DNA from: Auanema rhodensis
Taxonomy: Eukaryota; Animalia; Nematoda
NCBI GenBank assembly: GCA_964057225.1
Contig: OZ059897.1
Location: 18,166,001 to 18,230,000, forward strand
DNA: 64,000 nt
Direction: 5' to 3'
Positions 1 through 11,390 of the stretch are shown here, piece after piece. Numbering within the stretch: position 1 is the stretch's first letter; each line of letters starts with the position of its first letter. Position numbers and translations under genes: made by a program. The notes beneath the pieces are model-generated. The model was not told the DNA's origin. It saw only the letters and a program-made list of their open reading frames with translations, and searched no databases.

Positions 1-5
1 CTTCC

Positions 6-71
6 AAAAACATTTTGACAAAAACTTTTTCGAAAAATTTCAAAATAATTTAGCAAAAAGTAGATGTTTTT
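6..71. other. A/T-tract dyad region (in each monomer)
   Basis: Palindrome TTTTTCGAAAAA (26-37); ATTTTGA (12-18)/TCAAAAT (40-46); AAAAACAT (6-13)/ATGTTTTT (64-71). Confidence 0.8.
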
Positions 72-148
72 AGATTCCATTTTTCAAGGCAAAGACGATG
101 GACAATGTTATTCAACGAAAAAATTAATTCTTCAGGGTGAAAATCGAG

Positions 149-170
149 GATATAAGTGTGAACTTATATC
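149..170. other. Perfect 9-bp inverted repeat with 4-nt loop (in each monomer)
   Basis: GATATAAGT-GTGA-ACTTATATC. Confidence 0.95.
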
Positions 171-180
171 AGTTGATATC

Positions 181-247
181 TCGGTGCATTTTTAAGCTAG
201 CGCAAATCTGATAACACAGATCGACGCAGCTTAAAAATCCGCATCGA
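181..247. other. 67-nt imperfect hairpin (in each monomer)
   Basis: TCGGTGC/GCATCGA (one G.T), ATTTTTAAGCT/AGCTTAAAAAT (11 bp perfect), GCG/CGC, ATCTG/CAGAT around loop ATAACA. Confidence 0.93.
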
Positions 248-294
248 ATGCACTATACTACATTGAGAAACGCTTAATACAAAAATTAGTTATG

Positions 295-450
295 ATCGTT
301 TGAAAAATGATGCATTAGTGTATGTTGAGTTTCCATGTACACTCAACATTGCTTCCAAAAACATTTTGACAAAAACTTTTTCGAAAAATTTCAAAATAAT
401 TTAGCAAAAAGTAGATGTTTTTAGATTCCATTTTTCAAGGCAAAGACGAT
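295..450. other. Long-range inverted repeat spanning the monomer junction
   Basis: ATCGTTTGAAAAATG (295-309) is the reverse complement of CATTTTTCAA (429-438) + ACGAT (446-450), with a 7-nt insertion GGCAAAG on the right arm. Confidence 0.8.
322..349. other. Perfect 9-bp inverted repeat with 10-nt loop (in each monomer)
   Basis: ATGTTGAGT-TTCCATGTAC-ACTCAACAT. Confidence 0.93.
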
Positions 451-1053
451 GGACAATGTTATTCAACGAAAAAATTAATTCTTCAGGGTGAAAATCGAGG
501 ATATAAGTGTGAACTTATATCAGTTGATATCTCGGTGCATTTTTAAGCTAGCGCAAATCTGATAACACAGATCGACGCAGCTTAAAAATCCGCATCGAAT
601 GCTTTATACTACATTGAGAAACGCTTAATACAAAAATTAGTTATGATCGTTTGAAAAATGATGCATTAGTGTATGTTGAGTTTCCATGTACACTCAACAT
701 TGCTTCCAAAAACATTTTGACAAATACTTTTTCGAAAAATTTCAAAATAATTTAGCAAAAAGTAGATGTTTTTAGATTCCATTTTTCAAGGCAAAGACGA
801 TGGACAATGTTATTCAACGAAAAAATTAATTCTTCAGGGTGAAAATCGAGGATATAAGTGTGAACTTATATCAGTTGATATCTCGGTGCATTTTTAAGCT
901 AGCGCAAATCTGATAACACAGATCGACGCAGCTTAAAAATCCGCATCGAATGCTTTATACTACATTGAGAAACGCTTAATACAAAAATTAGTTATGATCG
1001 TTTGAAAAATGATGCATTAGTGTATGTTGAGTTTCCATGTACACTCAACATTG

Positions 1054-1753
1054 CTTCCAAAAACATTTTGACAAAAACTTTTTCGAAAAATTTCAAAATA
1101 ATTTAGCAAAAAGTAGATGTTTTTAGATTCCATTTTTCAAGGCAAAGACGATGGACAATGTTATTCAACGAAAATATTAATTCTTCAGGGTGAAAATCGA
1201 GGATATAAGTGTGAACTTATATCAGTTGATATCTCGGTGCATTTTTAAGCTAGCGCAAATCTGATAACACAGATCGACGCAGCTCAAAAATCCGTACGAA
1301 TGCACTATACTATATTGAGAAACGCTTAATACAAAAATTAGTTATGATCGTTTGAAAAATGATGCATTAGTGTATGTTGAGTTTCCATGTACACTCAACA
1401 TTGCTTCCAAAAACATTTTGACAAAAATTTTTTCGAAAAATTTCAAAATAATTTAGCAAAAAGTAGATGTTTTTAGATTTCTTTTTTCAAGGCAAAGACG
1501 ATGGACAATGTTATTCAACGAAAAAATCAATTCTTCAGGGTGAAAATCGAGGATATAAGTGTGAACTTATATCAGTTGATATCTGGGTGCATTTTTAAGC
1601 TAGCGCAAATCTGATAACACAGATCGACGCAGCTCAAAAATCCGTACGAATGCACTATACTATATTGAGAAACGCTTAATACAAAAATTAGTTATGATCG
1701 TTTGAAAAATGATGCATTAGTGTATGTTGAGTTTCCATGTACACTCAACATTG
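1054..1753. repeat. Two adjacent 350-bp variant monomers (1-bp deletion haplotype)
   Basis: AGCTCAAAAATCCGTACGAA...TATATTGAGA at 1281 and 1631, versus consensus AGCTTAAAAATCCGCATCGAA...TACATTGAGA; period 350. Confidence 0.95.
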
Positions 1754-3150
1754 CTTCCAAAAACATTTTGACAAAAATTTTTTCGAAAAATTTCAAAATA
1801 ATTTAGCAAAAAGTAGATGTTTTTAGATTTCATTTTTCAAGGCAAAGACGATGGACAATGTTATTCAACGAAAAAATTAATTCTTCAGGGTGAAAATCGA
1901 GGATATAAGTGTGAACTTATATCAGTTGATATCTCGGTGCATTTTTAAGCTAGCGCAAATCTGATAACACAGATCGACGCAGCTTAAAAATCCGCACCGA
2001 ATGCACTATACTACATTGAGAAACGCTTAATACAAAAATTAGTTATGATCGTTTGAAAAATGATGCATTAGTGTATGTTGAGTTTCCATGTACACTCAAT
2101 ATTGCTTCCAAAAACATTTTGACAAAAATGTTTTCGAAAAATTTCAAAATAATTTAGCAAAAAGTAGATGTTTTTAGATTTCTTTTTTCAAGGCAAAGAC
2201 GATGGACAATGTTATTCAACGAAAAAATCAATTCTTCAGGGTGAAAATCGAGGATATAAGTGTGAACTTATATCAGTTGATATCTGGGTGCATTTTTAAG
2301 CTAGCGCAAATCTGATAACACAGATCGACGCAGCTTAAAAATCCGCATCGAATGCACTATACTACATTGAGAAACGCTTAATACATAAATTAGTTATGAT
2401 CGTTTGAAAAATGATGCATTAGTGTATGTTGAGTTTCCATGTACACTCAACATTGCTTCCAAAAACATTTTGACAAAAATTTTTTCGAAAAATTTCAAAA
2501 TAATTTAGCAAAAAGTAGATGTTTTTAGATTTCATTTTTCAAGGCAAAGACGATGGACAATGTTATTCAACGAAAAAATTAATTCTTCAGGGTGAAAATC
2601 GAGGATATAAGTGTGAACTTATATCAGTTGATATCTCGGTGCATTTTTAAGCTAGCGCAAATCTGATAACACAGATCGACGCAGCTTAAAAATCCGCACC
2701 GAATGCACTATACTACATTGAGAAACGCTTAATACAAAAATTAGTTATGATCGTTTGAAAAATGATGCATTAGTGTATGTTGAGTTTCCATGTACACTCA
2801 ATATTGCTTCCAAAAACATTTTGACAAAAATGTTTTCGAAAAATTTCAAAATAATTTAGCAAAAAGTAGATGTTTTTAGATTTCTTTTTTCAAGGCAAAG
2901 ACGATGGACAATGTTATTCAACGAAAAAATCAATTCTTCAGGGTGAAAATCGAGGATATAAGTGTGAACTTATATCAGTTGATATCTGGGTGCATTTTTA
3001 AGCTAGCGCAAATCTGATAACACAGATCGACGCAGCTTAAAAATCCGCATCGAATGCACTATACTACATTGAGAAACGCTTAATACATAAATTAGTTATG
3101 ATCGTTTGAAAAATGATGCATTAGTGTATGTTGAGTTTCCATGTACACTC
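1754..3150. repeat. 2-monomer (702 bp) higher-order repeat, 2 copies
   Basis: GCACCGA (1997/2699), AAAATGTTTTCG (2130/2832) and ATACATAAA (~2386/3088) all recur at +702. Confidence 0.85.
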
Positions 3151-6100
3151 AACATTGCTTCCAAAAACATTTTGACAAAAACTTTTTCGAAAAATTTCAA
3201 AATAATTTAGCAAAAAGTAGATGTTTTTAGATTCCATTTTTCAAGGCAAAGACGATGGACAATGTTATTCAACGAAAAAATTAATTCTTCAGGGTGAAAA
3301 TCGAGGATATAAGTGTGAACTTATATCAGTTGATATCTCGGTGCATTTTTAAGCTAGCGCAAATCTGATAACACAGATCGACGCAGCTTAAAAATCCGCA
3401 TCGAATGCACTATACTACATTGAGAAACGCTTAATACAAAAATTAGTTATAATCGTTTGAAAAATGATGCATTAGTGTATGTTGAGTTTCCATGTACACT
3501 CAACATTGCTTCCAAAAACATTTTGACAAAAATTTTTTCGAAAAATTTCAAAATAATTTAGCAAAAAGTAGATGTTTTTAAATTCCATTTTTCAAGGCAA
3601 AGACGATGGACAATGTTATTCAACGAAAAAATTAATTCTTCAGGGTGAAAATCGAGGATATAAGTGTGAACTTATATCAGTTGATATCTCGGTGCATTTT
3701 TAAGCTAGCGCAAATCTGATAACACAGATCGACGCAGCTTAAAAATCCGCATCGAATGCACTATACTACATTGAGAAACGCTTAATACAAAAATTAGTTA
3801 TAATCGTTTGAAAAATGATGCATTAGTGTATGTTGAGTTTCCATGTACACTCAACATTGCTTCCAAAAACATTTTGACAAAAATTTTTTCGAAAAATTTC
3901 GAAATAATTTAGCAAAAAGTAGATGTTTTTAGATTCCATTTTTCAAGGCAAAGACGATGGACAATGTTATTCAACGAAAATATTAATTCTTCAGGGTGAA
4001 AATCGAGGATATAAGTGTGAACTTATATCAGTTGATATCTCGGTGCATTTTTAAGCTAGCGCAAATCTGATAACACAGATCGACGCAGCTTAAAAATCCG
4101 CATCGAATGCACTATACTACATCGAGAAACGCTCAATACAAAAATTAGTTATAATCGTTTGAAAAATGATGCATTAGTGTATGTTGAGTTTCCATGTACA
4201 CTCAACATTGCTTCCAAAAACATTTTGACAAAAATTTTTTCGAAAAATTTCAAAATAATTTAGCAAAAAGTAGATGTTTTTAGATTTCATTTTTCAAGGC
4301 AAAGACGATGGACAATGTTATTCAACGAAAAAATTAATTCTTCAGGGTGAAAATCGAGGATATAAGTGTGAACTTATATCAGTTGATATCTCGGTGCATT
4401 TTTAAGCTAGCGCAAATCTGATAACACAGATCGACGCAGCTTAAAAATCCGCACCGAATGCACTATACTACATTGAGAAACGCTTAATACAAAAATTAGT
4501 TATGATCGTTTGAAAAATGATGCATTAGTGTATGTTGAGTTTCCATGTACACTCAATATTGCTTCCAAAAACATTTTGACAAAAATGTTTTCGAAAAATT
4601 TCAAAATAATTTAGCAAAAAGTAGATGTTTTTAGATTTCATTTTTCAAGGCAAAGACGATGGACAATGTTATTCAACGAAAAAATTAATTCTTCAGGGTG
4701 AAAATCGAGGATATAAGTGTGAACTTATATCAGTTGATATCTCGGTGCATTTTTAAGCTAGCGCAAATCTGATAACACAGATCGACGCAGCTTAAAAATC
4801 CGCACCGAATGCACTATACTACATTGAGAAACGCTTAATACAAAAATTAGTTATGATCGTTTGAAAAATGATGCATTAGTGTATGTTGAGTTTCCATGTA
4901 CACTCAATATTGCTTCCAAAAACATTTTGACAAAAATGTTTTCGAAAAATTTCAAAATAATTTAGCAAAAAGTAGATGTTTTTAGATTTCTTTTTTCAAG
5001 GCAAAGACGATGGACAATGTTATTCAACGAAAAAATCAATTCTTCAGGGTGAAAATCGAGGATATAAGTGTGAACTTATATCAGTTGATATCTGGGTGCA
5101 TTTTTAAGCTAGCGCAAATCTAATAACACAGATCGACGCAGCTTAAAAATCCGCATCGAATGCACTATACTACATTGAGAAACGCTTAATACATAAATTA
5201 GTTATGATCGTTTGAAAAATGATGCATTAGTGTATGTTGAGTTTCCATGTACACTCAACATTGCTTCCAAAAACATTTTGACAAAAATTTTTTCGAAAAA
5301 TTTCGAAATAATTTAGCAAAAAGTAGATGTTTTTAGATTCCATTTTTCAAGGCAAAGACGATGGACAATGTTATTCAACGAAAAAATTAATTCTTCAGGG
5401 TGAAAATCGAGGATATAAGTGTGAACTTATATCAGTTGATATCTCGGTGCATTTTTAAGCTAGCGCAAATCTGATAACACAGATCGACGCAGCTTAAAAA
5501 TCCGCATCGAATGCACTATACTACATTGAGAAACGCTTAATACAAAAATTAGTTATGATCGTTTGAAAAATGATGCATTAGTGTATGTTGAGTTTCCATG
5601 TACACTCAACATTGCTTCCAAAAACATTTTGACAAAAACTTTTTCGAAAAATTTCAAAATAATTTAGCAAAAAGTAGATGTTTTTAGATTCCATTTTTCA
5701 AGGCAAAGACGATGGACAATGTTATTCAACGAAAAAATTAATTCTTCAGGGTGAAAATCGAGGATATAAGTGTGAACTTATATCAGTTGATATCTCGGTG
5801 CATTTTTAAGCTAGCGCAAATCTGATAACACAGATCGACGCAGCTTAAAAATCCGCATCGAATGCACTATACTACATTGAGAAACGCTTAATACAAAAAT
5901 TAGTTATAATCGTTTGAAAAATGATGCATTAGTGTATGTTGAGTTTCCATGTACACTCAACATTGCTTCCAAAAACATTTTGACAAAAATTTTTTCGAAA
6001 AATTTCAAAATAATTTAGCAAAAAGTAGATGTTTTTAGATTCCATTTTTCAAGGCAAAGACGATGGACAATGTTATTCAACGAAAAAATTAATTCTTCAG

Positions 6101-7859
6101 GGTGAAAATCGAGGATATAAGTGTGAACTTATATCAGTTGATATCTCGGTGCATTTTTAAGCTAGCGCAAATCTGATAACACAGATCGACGCAGCTTAAA
6201 AATCCGCATCGAATGCACTATACTACATTGAGAAACGCTTAATACAAAAATTAGTTATAATCGTTTGAAAAATGATGCATTAGTGTATGTTGAGTTTCCA
6301 TGTACACTTAACATTGCTTCCAAAAACATTTTGACAAAAATTTTTTCGAAAAATTTCAAAATAGTTTACCAAAAAGTAGATGTTTTTAGATTCCATTTTT
6401 CAAGGCAAAGACGATAGACAATGTTATTCAACGAAAAAATTAATTCTTCAGGGTGAAAATCGAGGATATAAGTGTGAACATATATCAGTTGATATCTCGG
6501 TGCATTTTTAAGCTAGCGCAAATCTGATAACACAGATCGACGCAGCTTAAAAATCCGCATCGAATGCACTATACTACATTGAAAAACGCTTAATACAAAA
6601 ATTAGTTATAATCGTTTGAAAAATGATGCATTAGTGTATGTTGAGTTTCCATGTACACTCAACATTGCTTCCAAAAACATTTTGACAAAAATTTTTTCGA
6701 AAAATTTCGAAATAATTTAGCAAAAAGTAGATGTTTTTAGATTCCATTTTTCAAGGCAAAGACGATGGACAATGTTATTCAACGAAAATATTAATTCTTC
6801 AGGGTGAAAATCGAGGATATAAGTGTGAACTTATATCAGTTGATATCTCGGTGCATTTTTAAGCTAGCGCAAATCTGATAACACAGATCGACGCAGCTTA
6901 AAAATCCGCATCGAATGCACTATACTACATCGAGAAACGCTTAATACAAAAATTAGTTATAATCGTTTGAAAAATGATGCATTAGTGTATGTTGAGTTTC
7001 CATGTACACTCAACATTGCTTCCAAAAACATTTTGACAAAAATTTTTTCGAAAAATTTCAAAATAATTTAGCAAAAAGTAGATGTTTTTAGATTTCATTT
7101 TTCAAGGCAAAGACGATGGACAATGTTATTCAACGAAAAAATTAATTCTTCAGGGTGAAAATCGAGGATATAAGTGTGAACTTATATCAGTTGATATCTC
7201 GGTGCATTTTTAAGCTAGCGCAAATCTGATAACACAGATCGACGCAGCTTAAAAATCCGCATCGAATGCACTATACTACATTGAGAAACGCTTAATACAA
7301 AAATTAGTTATAATCGTTTGAAAAATGATGCATTAGTGTATGTTGAGTTTCCATGTACACTCAACATTGCTTCCAAAAACATTTTGACAAAAATTTTTTC
7401 GAAAAATTTCAAAATAATTTAGCAAAAAGTAGATGTTTTTAGATTCCATTTTTCAAGGCAAAGACGATGGACAATGTTATTCAACGAAAAAATTAATTCT
7501 TCAGGGTGAAAATCGAGGATATAAGTGTGAACTTATATCAGTTGATATCTCGGTGCATTTTGAAGCTAGCGCAAATCTGATAACACAGATCGACGCAGCT
7601 TAAAAATCCGCATCGAATGCTTTATACTACATTGAGAAACGCTTAATACAAAAATTAGTTATGATCGTTTGAAAAATGATGCATTAGTGTATGTTGAGTT
7701 TCCATGTACACTCAACATTGCTTCCAAAAACATTTTGACAAAAACTTTTTCGAAAAATTTCAAAATAATTTAGCAAAAAGTAGATGTTTTTAGATTCCAT
7801 TTTTCAAGGCAAAGACGATGGACAATGTTATTCAACGAAAATATTAATTCTTCAGGGTG

Positions 7860-10800
7860 AAAATCGAGGATATAAGTGTGAACTTATATCAGTTGATATC
7901 TCGATGCATTTTTAAGCTAGCGCAAATCTGATAACACAGATCGACGCAGCTTAAAAATCCGCATCGAATGCACTATACTACATCGAGAAACGCTCAATAC
8001 AAAAATTAGTTATAATCGTTTGAAAAATGATGCATTAGTGTATGTTGAGTTTCCATGTACACTCAACATTGCTTCCAAAAACATTTTGACAAAAATTTTT
8101 TCGAAAAATTTCAAAATAATTTAGCAAAAAGTAGATGTTTTTAGATTTCTTTTTTCAAGGCAAAGACGATGGACAATGTTATTCAACGAAAAAATCAATT
8201 CTTCAGGGTGAAAATCGAGGATATAAGTGTGAACTTATATCAGTTGATATCTGGGTGCATTTTTAAGCTAGCGCAAATCTGATAACACAGATCGACGCAG
8301 CTTAAAAATCCGCATCGAATGCACTATACTACATTGAGAAACGCTTAATACATAAATTAGTTATGATCGTTTGAAAAATGATGCATTAGTGTATGTTGAG
8401 TTTCCATGTACACTCAACATTGCTTCCAAAAACATTTTGACAAAAATTTTTTCGAAAAATTTCGAAATAATTTAGCAAAAAGTAGATGTTTTTAGATTCC
8501 ATTTTTCAAGGCAAAGACGATGGACAATGTTATTCAACGAAAAAATTAATTCTTCAATGTGAAAATCGAGGATATAAGTGTGAACTTATATCAGTTGATA
8601 TCTCGGTGCATTTTTAAGCTAGCGCAAATCTGATAACACAGATCGACGCAGCTTAAAAATCCGCATCGAATGCACTATACTACATTGAGAAACGCTTAAT
8701 ACAAAAATTAGTTATGATCGTTTGAAAAATGATGCATTAGTGTATGTTGAGTTTCCATGTACACTCAACATTGCTTCCAAAAACATTTTGACAAAAACTT
8801 TTTCGAAAAATTTCAAAATAATTTAGCAAAAAGTAGATGTTTTTAGATTCCATTTTTCAAGGCAAAGACGATGGACAATGTTATTCAACGAAAAAATTAA
8901 TTCTTCAGGGTGAAAATCGAGGATATAAGTGTGAACTTATATCAGTTGATATCTCGGTGCATTTTTAAGCTAGCGCAAATCTGATAACACAGATCGACGC
9001 AGCTTAAAAATCCGCATCGAATGCACTATACTACATTGAGAAACGCTTAATACAAAAATTAGTTATAATCGTTTGAAAAATGATGCATTAGTGTATGTTG
9101 AGTTTCCATGTACACTCAACATTGCTTCCAAAAACATTTTGACAAAAATTTTTTCGAAAAATTTCAAAATAATTTAGCAAAAAGTAGATGTTTTTAGATT
9201 CCATTTTTCAAGGCAAAGACGATGGACAATGTTATTCAACGAAAAAATTAATTCTTCAGGGTGAAAATCGAGGATATAAGTGTGAACTTATATCAGTTGA
9301 TATCTCGGTGCATTTTTAAGCTAGCGCAAATCTGATAACACAGATCGACGCAGCTTAAAAATCCGCATCGAATGCACTATACTACATTGAGAAACGCTTA
9401 ATACAAAAATTAGTTATAATCGTTTGAAAAATGATGCATTAGTGTATGTTGAGTTTCCATGTACACTTAACATTGCTTCCAAAAACATTTTGACAAAAAT
9501 TTTTTCGAAAAATTTCAAAATAGTTTACCAAAAAGTAGATGTTTTTAGATTCCATTTTTCAAGGCAAAGACGATAGACAATGTTATTCAACGAAAAAATT
9601 AATTCTTCAGGGTGAAAATCGAGGATATAAGTGTGAACTTATATCAGTTGATATCTCGATGCATTTTTAAGCTAGCGCAAATCTGATAACACAGATCGAC
9701 GCAGCTTAAAAATCCGCATCGAATGCACTATACTACATCGAGAAACGCTCAATACAAAAATTAGTTATAATCGTTTGAAAAATGATGCATTAGTGTATGT
9801 TGAGTTTCCATGTACACTCAACATTGCTTCCAAAAACATTTTGACAAAAATTTTTTCGAAAAATTTCAAAATAATTTAGCAAAAAGTAGATGTTTTTAGA
9901 TTTCTTTTTTCAAGGCAAAGACGATGGACAATGTTATTCAACGAAAAAATCAATTCTTCAGGGTGAAAATCGAGGATATAAGTGTGAACTTATATCAGTT
10001 GATATCTGGGTGCATTTTTAAGCTAGCGCAAATCTGATAACACAGATCGACGCAGCTTAAAAATCCGCATCGAATGCACTATACTACATTGAGAAACGCT
10101 TAATACATAAATTAGTTATGATCGTTTGAAAAATGATGCATTAGTGTATGTTGAGTTTCCATGTACACTCAACATTGCTTCCAAAAACATTTTGACAAAA
10201 ATTTTTTCGAAAAATTTCGAAATAATTTAGCAAAAAGTAGATGTTTTTAGATTCCATTTTTCAAGGCAAAGACGATGGACAATGTTATTCAACGAAAAAA
10301 TTAATTCTTCAATGTGAAAATCGAGGATATAAGTGTGAACTTATATCAGTTGATATCTCGGTGCATTTTTAAGCTAGCGCAAATCTGATAACACAGATCG
10401 ACGCAGCTTAAAAATCCGCATCGAATGCACTATACTACATTGAGAAACGCTTAATACAAAAATTAGTTATGATCGTTTGAAAAATGATGCATTAGTGTAT
10501 GTTGAGTTTCCATGTACACTCAACATTGCTTCCAAAAACATTTTGACAAAAACTTTTTCGAAAAATTTCAAAATAATTTAGCAAAAAGTAGATGTTTTTA
10601 GATTCCATTTTTCAAGGCAAAGACGATGGACAATGTTATTCAACGAAAAAATTAATTCTTCAGGGTGAAAATCGAGGATATAAGTGTGAACTTATATCAG
10701 TTGATATCTCGGTGCATTTTTAAGCTAGCGCAAATCTGATAACACAGATCGACGCAGCTTAAAAATCCGCATCGAATGCACTATACTACATTGAGAAACG

Positions 10801-11390
10801 CTTAATACAAAAATTAGTTATAATCGTTTGAAAAATGATGCATTAGTGTATGTTGAGTTTCCATGTACACTCAACATTGCTTCCAAAAACATTTTGACAA
10901 AAATTTTTTCGAAAAATTTCAAAATAATTTAGCAAAAAGTAGATGTTTTTAGATTCCATTTTTCAAGGCAAAGACGATGGACAATGTTATTCAACGAAAA
11001 AATTAATTCTTCAGGGTGAAAATCGAGGATATAAGTGTGAACTTATATCAGTTGATATCTCGGTGCATTTTTAAGCTAGCGCAAATCTGATAACACAGAT
11101 CGACGCAGCTTAAAAATCCGCATCGAATGCACTATACTACATTGAGAAACGCTTAATACAAAAATTAGTTATAATCGTTTGAAAAATGATGCATTAGTGT
11201 ATGTTGAGTTTCCATGTACACTTAACATTGCTTCCAAAAACATTTTGACAAAAATTTTTTCGAAAAATTTCAAAATAGTTTACCAAAAAGTAGATGTTTT
11301 TAGATTCCATTTTTCAAGGCAAAGACGATAGACAATGTTATTCAACGAAAAAATTAATTCTTCAGGGTGAAAATCGAGGATATAAGTGTG
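7860..11390. repeat. 5-monomer (1755 bp) higher-order repeat, 2 copies
   Basis: TCGATGC (7904/9659), CTTCAATGTG (8556/10311) and TAGTTTACC (~9521/11276) recur at +1755. Boundaries are approximate. Confidence 0.9.

Larger units (their letters stand above)
1..351. repeat. Representative 351-bp monomer (31.6% GC, many A/T tracts, 12 CpG)
   Basis: Hand count gives 54 C, 57 G and 12 CpG. The next copy starts at 352. Monomer phase is arbitrary and set by the window start. Confidence 0.98.

Noticed and set aside
104-120. CENP-B-box-like TTTCGTTGAA on the - strand (also TTTCGAAAAA at 28-37)
   Set aside because: Only the TTCG....A half matches; the essential CGGG is absent.
82-135. Hammerhead ribozyme core: CTGAAGA on the - strand (135-129); CTGATAA on + (208-214)
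   Set aside because: The - strand motif fits CUGANGA, but no stem II closes onto a GAAA and no stems I/III with an NUH site could be built by eye. The + strand motif does not match the consensus.
149-200. Helitron 3' end (hairpin followed by CTAG)
   Set aside because: The hairpin is AT-rich and CTAG (197-200) lies ~26 nt downstream inside another stem, unlike the usual GC-rich hairpin ~10-15 nt from the end.
15-296. Bacterial promoter-like TTGACA (15-20) and TATAAT (variant at 291-296)
   Set aside because: The spacing is incompatible with a sigma70 promoter, there is no downstream gene, and such motifs are expected by chance in AT-rich DNA.
1-351. Assignment to a named ~340-360-bp satellite family (e.g. 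Drosophila 359-bp/1.688 or tenebrionid beetle satellites)
   Set aside because: Length and AT content are similar, but I do not recognise sequence identity to any of them. A database search is needed.
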